A stretch of DNA of 64,000 bases from Candidatus Shapirobacteria bacterium. Lineage in GTDB: Bacteria > Patescibacteriota > Microgenomatia > UBA12405. The notes under the pieces are model-generated. The model was not told the origin of the DNA. It was given only the letters and a program-made list of their open reading frames with translations, and ran no database searches. This document shows positions 37,379-46,763 of this stretch, in pieces. The number at the start of each line of letters is the position of its first letter. Position 1 is the stretch's first letter. The stretch is taken from the NCBI GenBank assembly GCA_041658125.1, contig JBBAAS010000003.1, positions 10,830 to 74,829 on the forward strand, written 5' to 3'. Made by a program: the position numbers and the translations under genes.

Positions 37379-38045
37379 TGTCGATTGCCGGCACTAATGT
37401 AATTATTGAAATCTTCTCCTTTACTTCGTCCATCTGGTTAGACAGACTTTGGTGAAATTCCTGTAGGCTATTAGGTGAGCGCTTAGATAACTTGTGCAGT
37501 TCTTGAACCGTAAGCCAAGTAATGTCATCGTCAGTTCTAATAGGAATCCCAAAAAACTCCTTTGTAGATTCACTCTCCACTTTGGTAATTTTTATGATGA
37601 AGTATTTTTTGCCTTCATCTTGGGGTAAAATAGATATTACTCCTAAACCTAAAGACGCATCACCACTACTCGCACACCAATCAACTTTAATATCTAATCG
37701 AGGGTAAACATTGGTAATGATTATTCCGTTAATTTGTTTTCCATCATAGAAGTCAATTTTTGACATTAAATCAAGCGCTGTAACATAATCGTGCGGAGAA
37801 TTGGCTCGTTTTTCTGTGGACAAACCACAAATAATATAACCGCCACCACCGTTGGCAAAGCTGACAACATCTTTTATAAGTTCAATAATTGCCTTTCGTT
37901 TGGGTAAGTCGTAGGGGTGTTTCTGCTTTGCTTCAAATACACCAGACTCTCTTTGAGAAATCAATTTATCGAAATCGCTATTTTTTAATATTTCGGCGAT
38001 TTCTTCGAATGTAAGTGTTTCGTCTTTATTTGTTAGATTGCTCAT
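37326..38045 (-). CDS. AlbA_2 / Schlafen-like divergent-AAA (putative DNA-binding) domain protein
   Basis: ESGVFEAKQK...IKDVVSFANGGGGYIICGL matches the E..EFK...AFAN..GG.L.IGV pattern of AlbA_2 domains. Confidence 0.45.
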   Translation of the reverse strand: MSNLTNKDETLTFEEIAEILKNSDFDKLISQRESGVFEAKQKHPYDLPKRKAIIELIKDVVSFANGGGGYIICGLSTEKRANSPHDYVTALDLMSKIDFYDGKQINGIIITNVYPRLDIKVDWCASSGDASLGLGVISILPQDEGKKYFIIKITKVESESTKEFFGIPIRTDDDITWLTVQELHKLSKRSPNSLQEFHQSLSNQMDEVKEKISIITLVPAIDIDSIPAKIEETIYGNKQ

Positions 38046-38701
38046 TTTGGTTGCTCGATGTGTGGATTAGTAAATTTCCATTTCAACCGGTACCAACTCA
38101 ACAAAACCATTTCAGAATATTTTCGGTAACAAACATACATTTTTCCAATAATATTTAATTTTTTCGCGGGAAACATTTTTAAGCCACCAAAACCTGTTTC
38201 GACTCTGGAATAATAGTAATTTCCTTCGGCGTTTCTGAAGGTCAACAACAAACCTATCCTGTCTCTTTTATGTTCTGCTTCGGGGTCAAGATGAAAAATT
38301 ATAAATTCGGCCATATCTGCGGTCACCCCGTTACTTGTTGATTCAATTTTCAAGTCCCTTTCTTCATCGGGAACGAGTATGTTGGTTCCAGTCATTGATA
38401 AATCCAACCTCCAAACTTTTTGAATGTCTCTGACGATATTTACAAATGATTCAATCTTGATGTCGTAAGCGGGACTTTTGCCAATATTTCTGATTCTTAT
38501 TTTTCTATCTTTCATGGCAATACCCTTAAAATAAACTGCTAACAATGGCATCAATTGAAGTTCGTTTGCTTTATTCGCGGTCTTCCAGGAAAAGTAAGCA
38601 ACAAGAGCCGTTGTAAAAATTAACACTATATTCAATAGACTTAAAGCCTGAGGAAAATATGGCTGTTGAGATAACTCGATAAACTTTTGCCAGTAATCCA
38701 T
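38042..38701 (-). CDS. hypothetical protein with an N-terminal TM anchor
   Basis: 219 aa; overlaps the downstream gene by 4 nt (operonic). Confidence 0.45.
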   Translation of the reverse strand: MDYWQKFIELSQQPYFPQALSLLNIVLIFTTALVAYFSWKTANKANELQLMPLLAVYFKGIAMKDRKIRIRNIGKSPAYDIKIESFVNIVRDIQKVWRLDLSMTGTNILVPDEERDLKIESTSNGVTADMAEFIIFHLDPEAEHKRDRIGLLLTFRNAEGNYYYSRVETGFGGLKMFPAKKLNIIGKMYVCYRKYSEMVLLSWYRLKWKFTNPHIEQPK

Positions 38702-38767
38702 ATTAATTCACCAATTCCTCTCCAAACGCCTTAGCTAAAATTGATTGGGTTAATTTTTCGTATTTAT

Positions 38768-41700
38768 TCATATTCGTGTGTAATATTTATTCTTTACACA
38801 GGCGGATTTAACAAAACTTGTATCAGAAACCTTATCTTTAGGAATATCAATATTGAAATAAAGGCAAAAAACTAGGTCGTCAATGTGATTCTTTATCGCT
38901 TGCTGTTTATCAAAATCGATTACCGGTAAAGACATTAACTCAGATAAAGCAATTATTTTTTTGTCTAACCCAAGCCCTTCCTTGTTGTAGTTTGCTTCGA
39001 TGACTTTGCTTACCAGGGAGGAATTTCTCTTGATTGGTAACCTTATCTTTTCTCCCTCTTTTTCCATGACTAATTTGCGATTTTCAACGTAAACTCTATC
39101 AAACTTTTGAATCATTATTTTCGATAAATCTACGAAACTTAAGATGGTTTTGTCTTTTAAAGCCAATACTTCTTCAACTCGTTTAATACTTTCTTTTTTT
39201 ATTGATTCATTATTTTTGCCAATTATTGGGGGACGTATTAGATCTTTAATTACTTTTAGACTTACCAATATTTTATTGGTATCCTCATTTTCAGCGCTAG
39301 CAACATTTTTCAAAATCCATTTTGTAACTTTTGAGTTTAGAAGAGCAAATAAATAAAATATCTCTTGTTTATTATCAGAGGAAATAGTCATATATTTATT
39401 TGTTTCTAACAATATTTTTCGGTTTGTGAAGCAAAAGTTTTTTGTATTTTTTGTTCGCCATATTAGTTTGTTTTCTTGTTTAAATGTCTGAATACCTTGG
39501 CTTCCTTGTGGGAAATTAATTTTCTTGTTTGAAGGGTAATATCTTTTTCCTTTTGGAACTAAATAGTTTACTTCGTCAAGTTCGTCAACTATTTCGTAAT
39601 AATCGTCAACGCTGTTAGTAATATATTTTTCATCTATCAAAGCTCCACCATCGAAGTAAAATTTATTCCCAAACTCGACACTAGATAAAACATGATCTGA
39701 ATAAATTGCGATTCCAATACTATTTCTTATATATTCTTCATAAAGACATTCTGTAATTATGTTAAATTTAATAAAATTCCAATTACCGACATTTTGTAAT
39801 AATTTATTTTGTAGGACTAATTTTTTTATAACTTTTTTACCATGAGAAATGTTTTTAAGACATGTATCGATGTCATCGTTTTTATCTTTATATTTAAGAA
39901 TTTCTACTCTGTGTATAATTGCTGGAATTTCCCTTGAAACTATAAAGATTAAACTTGAGGTTGGAATAGGTTTATTACTTTTTAATCCTCGACCGATAAA
40001 CATTTTTCCGCTAAATATAATAATTTTCTTAATTGTGGTAAATCTCGAAAGATGATAGCGTAGTACGTCAAAATCAGGATTTATTAGAATTGTTTGGGGT
40101 ATGATATAGCATAGTTTCCCCTTATCTTTAAGTAGAGCCAAGCCAAGCGCTATAAAAAATGCAAATAGATTCGGTTTAGGCGCATATTTTTTTTTATTTT
40201 CAGGTGTGCTGTGTAGGTTAACACCGTAAATATCACTTAATTTGGCTTTCTTATTTTTCATAAGTTCGAAACTAAGTAGCCTTTGTTTAATACAATCGTT
40301 ATATCTAATGTATGGGGGGTTACCGATAACATAATCAAAACGTTTCCTTAGGGTTTCGGTGTGATTTTCGAGACTTGTTTTCATTTCTTTCAAATCATCT
40401 TCATCTCGGACATAACTTGAATAACCCAAATTTAGTTTTTCAGTAAATAGACCCATCTGGCCCTTGCTTTTTTGGTAGGCTATATCTATATCATTAACTG
40501 TATTCTTCAGAGCAGTGTCCATGAATTCAGAAATGGAATCATTTGTCTTAAAAACTTTGATTTTTTTGTCTATCGGATTGTTATATTTCTCGTTAATAAT
40601 CAATGAAAGCATACGCATCAGAATACTCATTTCGGCAAGATAAAGAGGAAATTCCTCAATATCAAGTCCAAAGATACCATTTGTTACCGCTTCCTCAATT
40701 TTCTTTGAAGCTTCTTCGCTACCGTTTTTAAAACCCTTAACTATGACGTCTGTGGCAGAATAAAGGAATGTGCCACTACCACAAGAAGGATCAATGATTG
40801 AGATACTATCTTTGTCAAGTTCATATCTTTTGGAAACTGTCTCGGGGGTAAAGCCAACTTGCTCTAACATGAAGTTAACTACTGCCGGGTCGGTAAAATA
40901 TTGGCCTTTTTTGCTTTCGTCGTAAAGTTCTTTTAAGTAGTTTTCGTAAATATAGCCAAATATTTCATTTCTAACATTGGCATAATTATATTTTTTAATA
41001 AAAATAAAAATATCCAACCAGGGAGAAATGTCAGAAAGATTGTTCTCGAGACTGTGGTAGAGTTCTAGAATCTTGTCTTTAATAAACTCCTGTTCTTTTA
41101 TAAAAGGACGATAAATATTTTTCGATATTCTTGCTGAAATGCCCTCAATAATACCGAGAATGTCTTTGTACCTCCCAACTTTTAGAGATTCATGAATTCT
41201 TTTGACTATGGTTTCAAATTCGTTAGCAAAATCATCAAAATCGTTATCGACCAGTGTTTTGTAAAGTATGAACTGAATGACATAGGCGTAGGTAAGTTCA
41301 ATTGCCCGTTTTCCCCTCTCCTTATCGTTTGATGCTTCAAGATATCCCTCAATTTGTAATTTGTTTTTGAATGATTGGATGAGCTTAGTGATGTCTTCAA
41401 AAAAGAGTTGACGATTATTTTCTACGCGGAGTTTTGTTTCTTCAATAAGTGCCAATTGTCCGGTTTTCTCAAAAAATGATAGATAGTAAAATTCGGGTTT
41501 GACGTATTCCTTCCAAAAGGTGAGAAATAATTGGGTGTTGGTTAATAAGTCTTCTAGGGTAAAAACTTTAAAAATGTTGTTATTGTAAAATCGCCAGGTA
41601 TATCCGTCGGTTAAAATGCCATAATGTTTGTCAAAATCTTTCTGGTAGTTAAATAATTGGCTTTCTCCGGTTTTGATATTCCCATAACACTCAACCTCTA

Positions 41701-41953
41701 CTGGTATAGCTATCTCGGAATTAATATAGATATAAAAATCGGCTTTTCTTTTCTCTTTGGCTTTTTTTTCATAAATAAATTCATTTTTGCGATTTTCCAA
41801 TTTAGCTGAAAGATTACCTTCTCTTAGGTCAAACAATTCAGATTCGAAAACTTGTTTAACAAAACTTTGGACTCCAGTTCCAACCTCGGTGGTGCGATAA
41901 TATTCTTTATCTTTTTGCCATAAGGCGTGAAGTGGGTTTAATGTGTTTTTCAT
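38768..41953 (-). CDS. type IIG restriction-modification enzyme (N-terminal PD-(D/E)XK nuclease, gamma-class N6-adenine methyltransferase, target-recognition domain)
   Basis: IDPSCGSGTFLYSA (motif I) and GNPPYIRYN (motif IV, NPPY). N-terminal D...EVECYGNIK nuclease-like motif. 1061 aa, an Eco57I/MmeI-like architecture. Confidence 0.7.
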   Translation of the reverse strand: MKNTLNPLHALWQKDKEYYRTTEVGTGVQSFVKQVFESELFDLREGNLSAKLENRKNEFIYEKKAKEKRKADFYIYINSEIAIPVEVECYGNIKTGESQLFNYQKDFDKHYGILTDGYTWRFYNNNIFKVFTLEDLLTNTQLFLTFWKEYVKPEFYYLSFFEKTGQLALIEETKLRVENNRQLFFEDITKLIQSFKNKLQIEGYLEASNDKERGKRAIELTYAYVIQFILYKTLVDNDFDDFANEFETIVKRIHESLKVGRYKDILGIIEGISARISKNIYRPFIKEQEFIKDKILELYHSLENNLSDISPWLDIFIFIKKYNYANVRNEIFGYIYENYLKELYDESKKGQYFTDPAVVNFMLEQVGFTPETVSKRYELDKDSISIIDPSCGSGTFLYSATDVIVKGFKNGSEEASKKIEEAVTNGIFGLDIEEFPLYLAEMSILMRMLSLIINEKYNNPIDKKIKVFKTNDSISEFMDTALKNTVNDIDIAYQKSKGQMGLFTEKLNLGYSSYVRDEDDLKEMKTSLENHTETLRKRFDYVIGNPPYIRYNDCIKQRLLSFELMKNKKAKLSDIYGVNLHSTPENKKKYAPKPNLFAFFIALGLALLKDKGKLCYIIPQTILINPDFDVLRYHLSRFTTIKKIIIFSGKMFIGRGLKSNKPIPTSSLIFIVSREIPAIIHRVEILKYKDKNDDIDTCLKNISHGKKVIKKLVLQNKLLQNVGNWNFIKFNIITECLYEEYIRNSIGIAIYSDHVLSSVEFGNKFYFDGGALIDEKYITNSVDDYYEIVDELDEVNYLVPKGKRYYPSNKKINFPQGSQGIQTFKQENKLIWRTKNTKNFCFTNRKILLETNKYMTISSDNKQEIFYLFALLNSKVTKWILKNVASAENEDTNKILVSLKVIKDLIRPPIIGKNNESIKKESIKRVEEVLALKDKTILSFVDLSKIMIQKFDRVYVENRKLVMEKEGEKIRLPIKRNSSLVSKVIEANYNKEGLGLDKKIIALSELMSLPVIDFDKQQAIKNHIDDLVFCLYFNIDIPKDKVSDTSFVKSACVKNKYYTRI

Positions 41954-42134
41954 AGACTTTCTAACGATAAGAGTATTATATCCCAGTATTTTTCAATACT
42001 AATGGTAATTAAATTGTTCGTCTTTCCATATAAATTTTTTGTTTTCCGACCGAGCTTCTTATAGAGATCTATTCCTCTACGCTGAAAATTTTTCCTCCCT
42101 TTACTTTCCCTCCCAAATTGTGTAATTTTAACCA

Positions 42135-42482
42135 ATGTGGATCATATTGTTGGCCGGAGCGGTTGGAGGAATCCTAAGAGGCGTTCTTGGAATCGCCAAG
42201 GACCTGATCACTAAAAAAGAACTGACGATCAATTGGGTCTGGTTTGGGGTCACGGTTTTAATTGCGGCCATACTCGGGATGGTGGTTGCCAGCTTTTTTG
42301 CCGAAGATCCAAGGATCGCGATTCTTGGGGGTTACAGCGGTTCGGATCTGGTTGATGGCATCATGAAGTTGAAGCTAAACGAATTATTTAAGACAAAAAA
42401 AGTAGTGGTAGAGGAGAAAAAATACGGGAGCTTTGAGGGCTTGATTAAGACCGACGGGAAGCCGGCAAAAGAGAAATCCTAA
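42135..42482 (+). CDS. small two-TM membrane protein (holin-like?)
   Basis: 115 aa with two TM helices and a charged C-terminus. Confidence 0.3.
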   Translation: MWIILLAGAVGGILRGVLGIAKDLITKKELTINWVWFGVTVLIAAILGMVVASFFAEDPRIAILGGYSGSDLVDGIMKLKLNELFKTKKVVVEEKKYGSFEGLIKTDGKPAKEKS

Positions 42483-42837
42483 TAAACGGTTTGGCTGTCG
42501 CCAGTGGTTTTAGCGCGGCATTTAAATCAGCCGGCAGTTTTTTCAAATCGTAGGCCGAAGCCAGCCGGGTGATATCAATCGTTTTGAATTGAGTGGTGAT
42601 GTCAAAAGATTTTAAAATTTGCTCCAGCTCTTTGCGTTTCGGATCGGATTTGGACGGGAAAACGGTTTTGGTTTTTTGAACCACGGTCAGGATCTGATCC
42701 CTAAAAGTTAGTGACCGTTTTTTATTTTGCCGGCAATAATCGGCCAGTTCCTGCTCGACTTGGGAAAGATCGGATTCAAGCTTGGCTTTTTTTAAGCGAA
42801 GATCAAGATATTTGGCAACGGTGTCGTTGATTAGCAT
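42445..42837 (-). CDS. hypothetical protein
   Basis: 130 aa, coiled-coil-like. Confidence 0.35.
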   Translation of the reverse strand: MLINDTVAKYLDLRLKKAKLESDLSQVEQELADYCRQNKKRSLTFRDQILTVVQKTKTVFPSKSDPKRKELEQILKSFDITTQFKTIDITRLASAYDLKKLPADLNAALKPLATAKPFIRISLLPASRRS

Positions 42838-42850
42838 ATTTTTATATTTA

Positions 42851-43693
42851 TTATTTTATAGATTTTCTTTTTGAAAGATAATTTTTACTGGTAACAATTG
42901 GTTTGCCGATTTCTTTCTCAAGCTCTTTTCTCGCATTTCCGGCAACCCTCCCGCCCCGGTTAGCATCCTGTTTTAGTTTTGGCACTCCCTTTGATTTTTC
43001 CTGACGGTGGATTTCAGTGGTTGATCTTTCACCCAACATGGTAAAAATTAGTTCAAAATCATCCATATGGTCACGTAAATTTTCTCTTTTGAGGCCTTTT
43101 AACTTTTTGTATTCGGCCGGGGTGACCCCAAAAGTAGCTTTGGAAATTTCGGCGGTTAAAATCTCGTAATCTATTTGTTTTTCTGCCCCTCGTTTTTGCC
43201 ACTCATCGGTTAATTCTTCGCGGATGGCAATGCCCCGCATCCGTTTTTCAATCCAATCTTCCGGATAACCCTTGAGCTTATAAAGTACCCGGGTTCTTTT
43301 GGTGGCCAACTCCGGATTTTCAATTTCCTGTACCCGTTCGTAGCCGACTTTGGCTAACCATCTTTTAAAAGGTTCGGCTTTGGGAGAGGGGATCGATTGA
43401 ATAATGCGAAAAATATTTTCAGTATCGGCGCAGTCTGTTTCATACTTTTTCCCGTCAGTTGATTCTAATTTCAGTTGTCGACAAATTGTCGACAACTCAA
43501 TTCCATCCTCACTTTTTACCCGAATTTTCATTTTAAACCAATAATCGCGGGCATTAACGCTATCTGTCAGCGCCTCAATTACATCGACAACTGAAAACCA
43601 CCATTCGTTTAAATATATTATTCTTCTGATTTTTTTGCCTTTGAAAATGGCCAGATGGTTGTCATTCATACTAAAATAATACTCAAGTAACAC
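42851..43693 (-). CDS. DinD-like DNA-damage-inducible protein with a Bro-N domain
   Basis: N-terminal IRRIIYLNEWWFSVVDVIEALT (Bro-N) and C-terminal KKLKGLKRENLRDHMDDFELIFTMLGERSTTE, which resembles E. coli DinD. Confidence 0.6.
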   Translation of the reverse strand: MLLEYYFSMNDNHLAIFKGKKIRRIIYLNEWWFSVVDVIEALTDSVNARDYWFKMKIRVKSEDGIELSTICRQLKLESTDGKKYETDCADTENIFRIIQSIPSPKAEPFKRWLAKVGYERVQEIENPELATKRTRVLYKLKGYPEDWIEKRMRGIAIREELTDEWQKRGAEKQIDYEILTAEISKATFGVTPAEYKKLKGLKRENLRDHMDDFELIFTMLGERSTTEIHRQEKSKGVPKLKQDANRGGRVAGNARKELEKEIGKPIVTSKNYLSKRKSIK

Positions 43694-43735
43694 CTCAAGT
43701 CAATAAGCAAAACCGAAGAAAAGGCGAAAGATAAT

Positions 43736-44407
43736 TTAGTAAGTCTTGGTGTAACAATTCACCGCTTTGGTAAAGCCGGCCTTGACTGCTTCTTTTTCTG
43801 AACAAAACCATTGATCGCCCTGATCAAGCTCCAAAGCCACATTACTATAGTTGCCGCAACCGGAAAAAAAGTAAGTTTTTTTACCTTCACGGACATTGCC
43901 CTTGATATCGCACTTGGAACTATCGGGATTAGTCTTCTGATAACACTTCGGGCTAAAAACACCCAAGTTATCGACTTTTGCCGATTGAAAGGCCGCCTTT
44001 AATTTTTCCGATTCGATTGAAGCGGTTGATGTAAATCGCGCCCAGCCGGACAGAATCATTTGCTCATTTATTAATTGGTCATCAACATAAACCAAAGCCA
44101 AAAACCGGCCAAAGTGGTCATTAAGCTCACCAACAAGCCGGACTTTTTTCCCGGTTAGAAGACGGGTAAGTAAGGCCGTCGCCTCATCGGCTCCGCACAA
44201 ACCCTCTTCAGGCGCATTAACACTCATTAATCTAATTTGCCGGCCATCATCAACAATAAAAGTATCGCCATCTATAATTCTTTGGACTGAGTATTGGGTC
44301 GGGGCAGGGGTCTTGGTCTTAATCAGAAATATACCTAAAAGCAAATTAAAAATAATTGACAAGGTCAAAAATATTTTAGTCAATAAAAGTAGTTTATACT
44401 TAATCAA
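43736..44407 (-). CDS. secreted thermonuclease (SNase-like)
   Basis: VQRIIDGDTFIVDDGRQIRLMSVNAPE is the staphylococcal nuclease motif; N-terminal TM or signal segment. Confidence 0.7.
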   Translation of the reverse strand: MIKYKLLLLTKIFLTLSIIFNLLLGIFLIKTKTPAPTQYSVQRIIDGDTFIVDDGRQIRLMSVNAPEEGLCGADEATALLTRLLTGKKVRLVGELNDHFGRFLALVYVDDQLINEQMILSGWARFTSTASIESEKLKAAFQSAKVDNLGVFSPKCYQKTNPDSSKCDIKGNVREGKKTYFFSGCGNYSNVALELDQGDQWFCSEKEAVKAGFTKAVNCYTKTY

Positions 44408-46176
44408 TGCACTTTACCTGTCGGACCTTTATCGGCAAACATAGCCCTCAAAGTTGGTCCCAATATTGGGAAAAGGAGGATTCTCTTTTTGGCCTTATCA
44501 ATCTCACTTCCGACGATCCGGCTTCCGATCTTGTCGCTCTTGGTCATTCCCTGATTGATAAAATTAACCAGGCTTTTTCTGTTTCTACTCTTTCGGAAAT
44601 TCTTTCTCAAATTACCTCCGAATATCAAGCTTCCGCCGTCAAAATCAATCTTTCTTTGGTTACCATTTCTGACAATCAGCTTACTTTACTGAATCTTGGC
44701 CAAAATCAGGCTTATCTTCGCCGCGGTCTTCGGATTGCCCCGCTTCTTTCTGCCTCACCCGCTGTTCCCATTACCGGCCAGCTGGCCGCAAACGACCAAA
44801 TTTTTCTTACCACGGAACCTTTTTTTGACGGTTTTGGTTTCGACCGGATCAAGCAGTTTCTTTCCCTTGGCAGTCTTCAGGACATCGAAGAAAATTTTCT
44901 TACCTATCTCAATACATTGGATGTTCAGGACAATCTTGCCGCCGTTTTGATCCAAGCCGAATCCGATGACACCGGTAGTACTTTATTTTCTCCTCTTCCG
45001 GTTTCCGCCCCGCCCCCTCCCGGGGGGCCAAAAGTTTCTCTTTTTTCCCAAATTTCCAAAGCTTTTCCCCGCCGGCAGTCGCTTTATGTTTCTTCCCAGG
45101 ACTTAAACCAAACCAAGCGCCACAAACAGCAAAACGTCATTTTGGCCCTTATTCTTCTTCTGGCTCTTGGCGTCAGTTCCTTTTTTGGTTATCAAAAAAA
45201 TCGTGCCTCCGCTATCGAATCCAAGTACCAAACCATAAAATCGGCTCTTCAGGAAAAATTGACAAATGCCCAAACTGTTAAAAATCTGGATCTTGAATCT
45301 GCCCAAAATTTGGCCAAAGAAGCCCAAGTTCTGCTCAAAGACCTCTCGGCTTTGAAAGTTCATCCTGATGAAGTTTCTGGTTTTGAGTCCCAAATCTCCA
45401 CTTTTCTTTCTCAAACCGGCTCCAAAAGTGACTTTCTCCCCGAAGTTTTTTATGATACCGGTATGATAAAAAATGGTCCGAAATTTAACCATATATTTTA
45501 TTCTAATAAAAATATATTTCTCTTTGACCCGGGGGATGGTCGCCTCACCAGCCTTGATGAAAACCGGAAAATCGACACTATTTCCTCCGCCGACGGACTA
45601 AAAAACCTCCAATTTATCAGTCTCAACAATGGTAAATTTTATGGCGTTTTGGATCAAAAAGTTTTTCTCATTACCAAAACCTCTTTGGATCCGGTTATCG
45701 AGCTTGCTGTTGATCCGGTTAGTCTTCAGTCATGGAATCAGGCCTTTTATCTTTTAAGCTCCGATGCTATTACCAAATTTGCTCCCAATTCTACCGGCTT
45801 TTCCAAAGGCACCCCTTGGCTTCAGGACGGCCAGTCGCTCCCCCAAAACCCCTCTTCTTTGGCCATTAACGGTCAGCTTTGGGTTCTTTCGGCAAATGGT
45901 CAAATTACTGCCTACGATCGCGGTCAAAAGGCCGTTTTTAAACCAAGCCAGCTCGTTGATACCACTGGCGCCAAGAATTTGGTTACTACTGAAAATAGCC
46001 AAATTTTGGCCTTTAACGATTCCCAAAATCAGGTTTATGTCTATCAAAAAAATGGCACCATGCTCGCCAAGTACAATTTCAATACCCTTTCTGTTCTAAG
46101 TCTGGCTCTGAACGTTGACAAAAACCTCCTCTACGTCCTTTGCTCCGACCAAAAGATCTACAAAATTTCTCTCTAG
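44407..46176 (+). CDS. hypothetical protein, carries an in-frame repeat fragment
   Basis: 589 aa with a central TM helix and a Ser/Asn-rich beta-rich C-terminus. ccgccccgccccctcccggggggcc at 45006-45035 encodes SAPPPPGGP. Confidence 0.45.
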   Translation: MHFTCRTFIGKHSPQSWSQYWEKEDSLFGLINLTSDDPASDLVALGHSLIDKINQAFSVSTLSEILSQITSEYQASAVKINLSLVTISDNQLTLLNLGQNQAYLRRGLRIAPLLSASPAVPITGQLAANDQIFLTTEPFFDGFGFDRIKQFLSLGSLQDIEENFLTYLNTLDVQDNLAAVLIQAESDDTGSTLFSPLPVSAPPPPGGPKVSLFSQISKAFPRRQSLYVSSQDLNQTKRHKQQNVILALILLLALGVSSFFGYQKNRASAIESKYQTIKSALQEKLTNAQTVKNLDLESAQNLAKEAQVLLKDLSALKVHPDEVSGFESQISTFLSQTGSKSDFLPEVFYDTGMIKNGPKFNHIFYSNKNIFLFDPGDGRLTSLDENRKIDTISSADGLKNLQFISLNNGKFYGVLDQKVFLITKTSLDPVIELAVDPVSLQSWNQAFYLLSSDAITKFAPNSTGFSKGTPWLQDGQSLPQNPSSLAINGQLWVLSANGQITAYDRGQKAVFKPSQLVDTTGAKNLVTTENSQILAFNDSQNQVYVYQKNGTMLAKYNFNTLSVLSLALNVDKNLLYVLCSDQKIYKISL

Positions 46177-46247
46177 TCTCCCTTTCTTCAAAGGGAGAAG
46201 CGGCAACTTGTCCCGATCGAAGTATCGGGAAGCCGAGAGGGATTTTA
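46177..46247 (+). repeat. family-1 palindromic repeat (hairpin CTCCCTTTcttcAAAGGGAG plus CCCGATcgaagtATCGGG)
   Basis: gtctccctttcttcaaagggagaagcggcaacttgtcccgatcgaagtatcgggaag...gggatttt, upstream of smpB. Confidence 0.6.
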
Positions 46248-46265
46248 TGAGATAATTTCACTACC

Positions 46266-46679
46266 ATGCGTCATTTTAATCGCGATTCCCTCGATTACCA
46301 CTTTATCGATAAGCTCGAAGCCGGGCTGGTTTTAACCGGTGCCGACGCCAAATCTCTTCGTACCCAACCCGCCCAATTTCAAAATTCCCAGGTCATTATT
46401 ACCAACGGCATTCCGGAAGTTATCAATCTCAAAATTCCTCTCTACAAATACTCTCAAGGCCAGCTGATCGACACCACCCGCTCCCGCGCTCTTCTTCTCG
46501 CCGAAAAACAAATCGCCAAATTACAAAGCTACCGTCATCAAAAATATATGCTCATCCCCATTGCCATTTATTCCAAAGGCAAATTTTTCAAGCTTGAAGT
46601 CGGTATCGGCCGCAAATTCCGTCAGTATGAAAAAAGGGAGAAAATCAAGGCCAAAGAACTTCGCCAATCACTCGTTTAA
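46266..46679 (+). CDS. smpB: SsrA-binding protein SmpB
   Basis: EAGLVLTGADAKSLR, RSRALLL and KLEVGIGRKFRQYEKREKIKAKE match SmpB conserved blocks. Confidence 0.85.
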   Translation: MRHFNRDSLDYHFIDKLEAGLVLTGADAKSLRTQPAQFQNSQVIITNGIPEVINLKIPLYKYSQGQLIDTTRSRALLLAEKQIAKLQSYRHQKYMLIPIAIYSKGKFFKLEVGIGRKFRQYEKREKIKAKELRQSLV

Positions 46680-46689
46680 AATCTCGATT

Positions 46690-46757
46690 CCCCTGCCCTG
46701 CTTGCCCCTGGGGGGCTTGCCCCTTTGGGGTCAAGGGAAGGGGTAGGGGAAGGGTTT
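46690..46757 (+). repeat. family-1 palindromic repeat (type B)
   Basis: cccctgccctgcttgcccctggggggcttgcccctttggggtcaagggaaggggtaggggaagggttt. Confidence 0.65.
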
Positions 46758-46763
46758 AACAGA

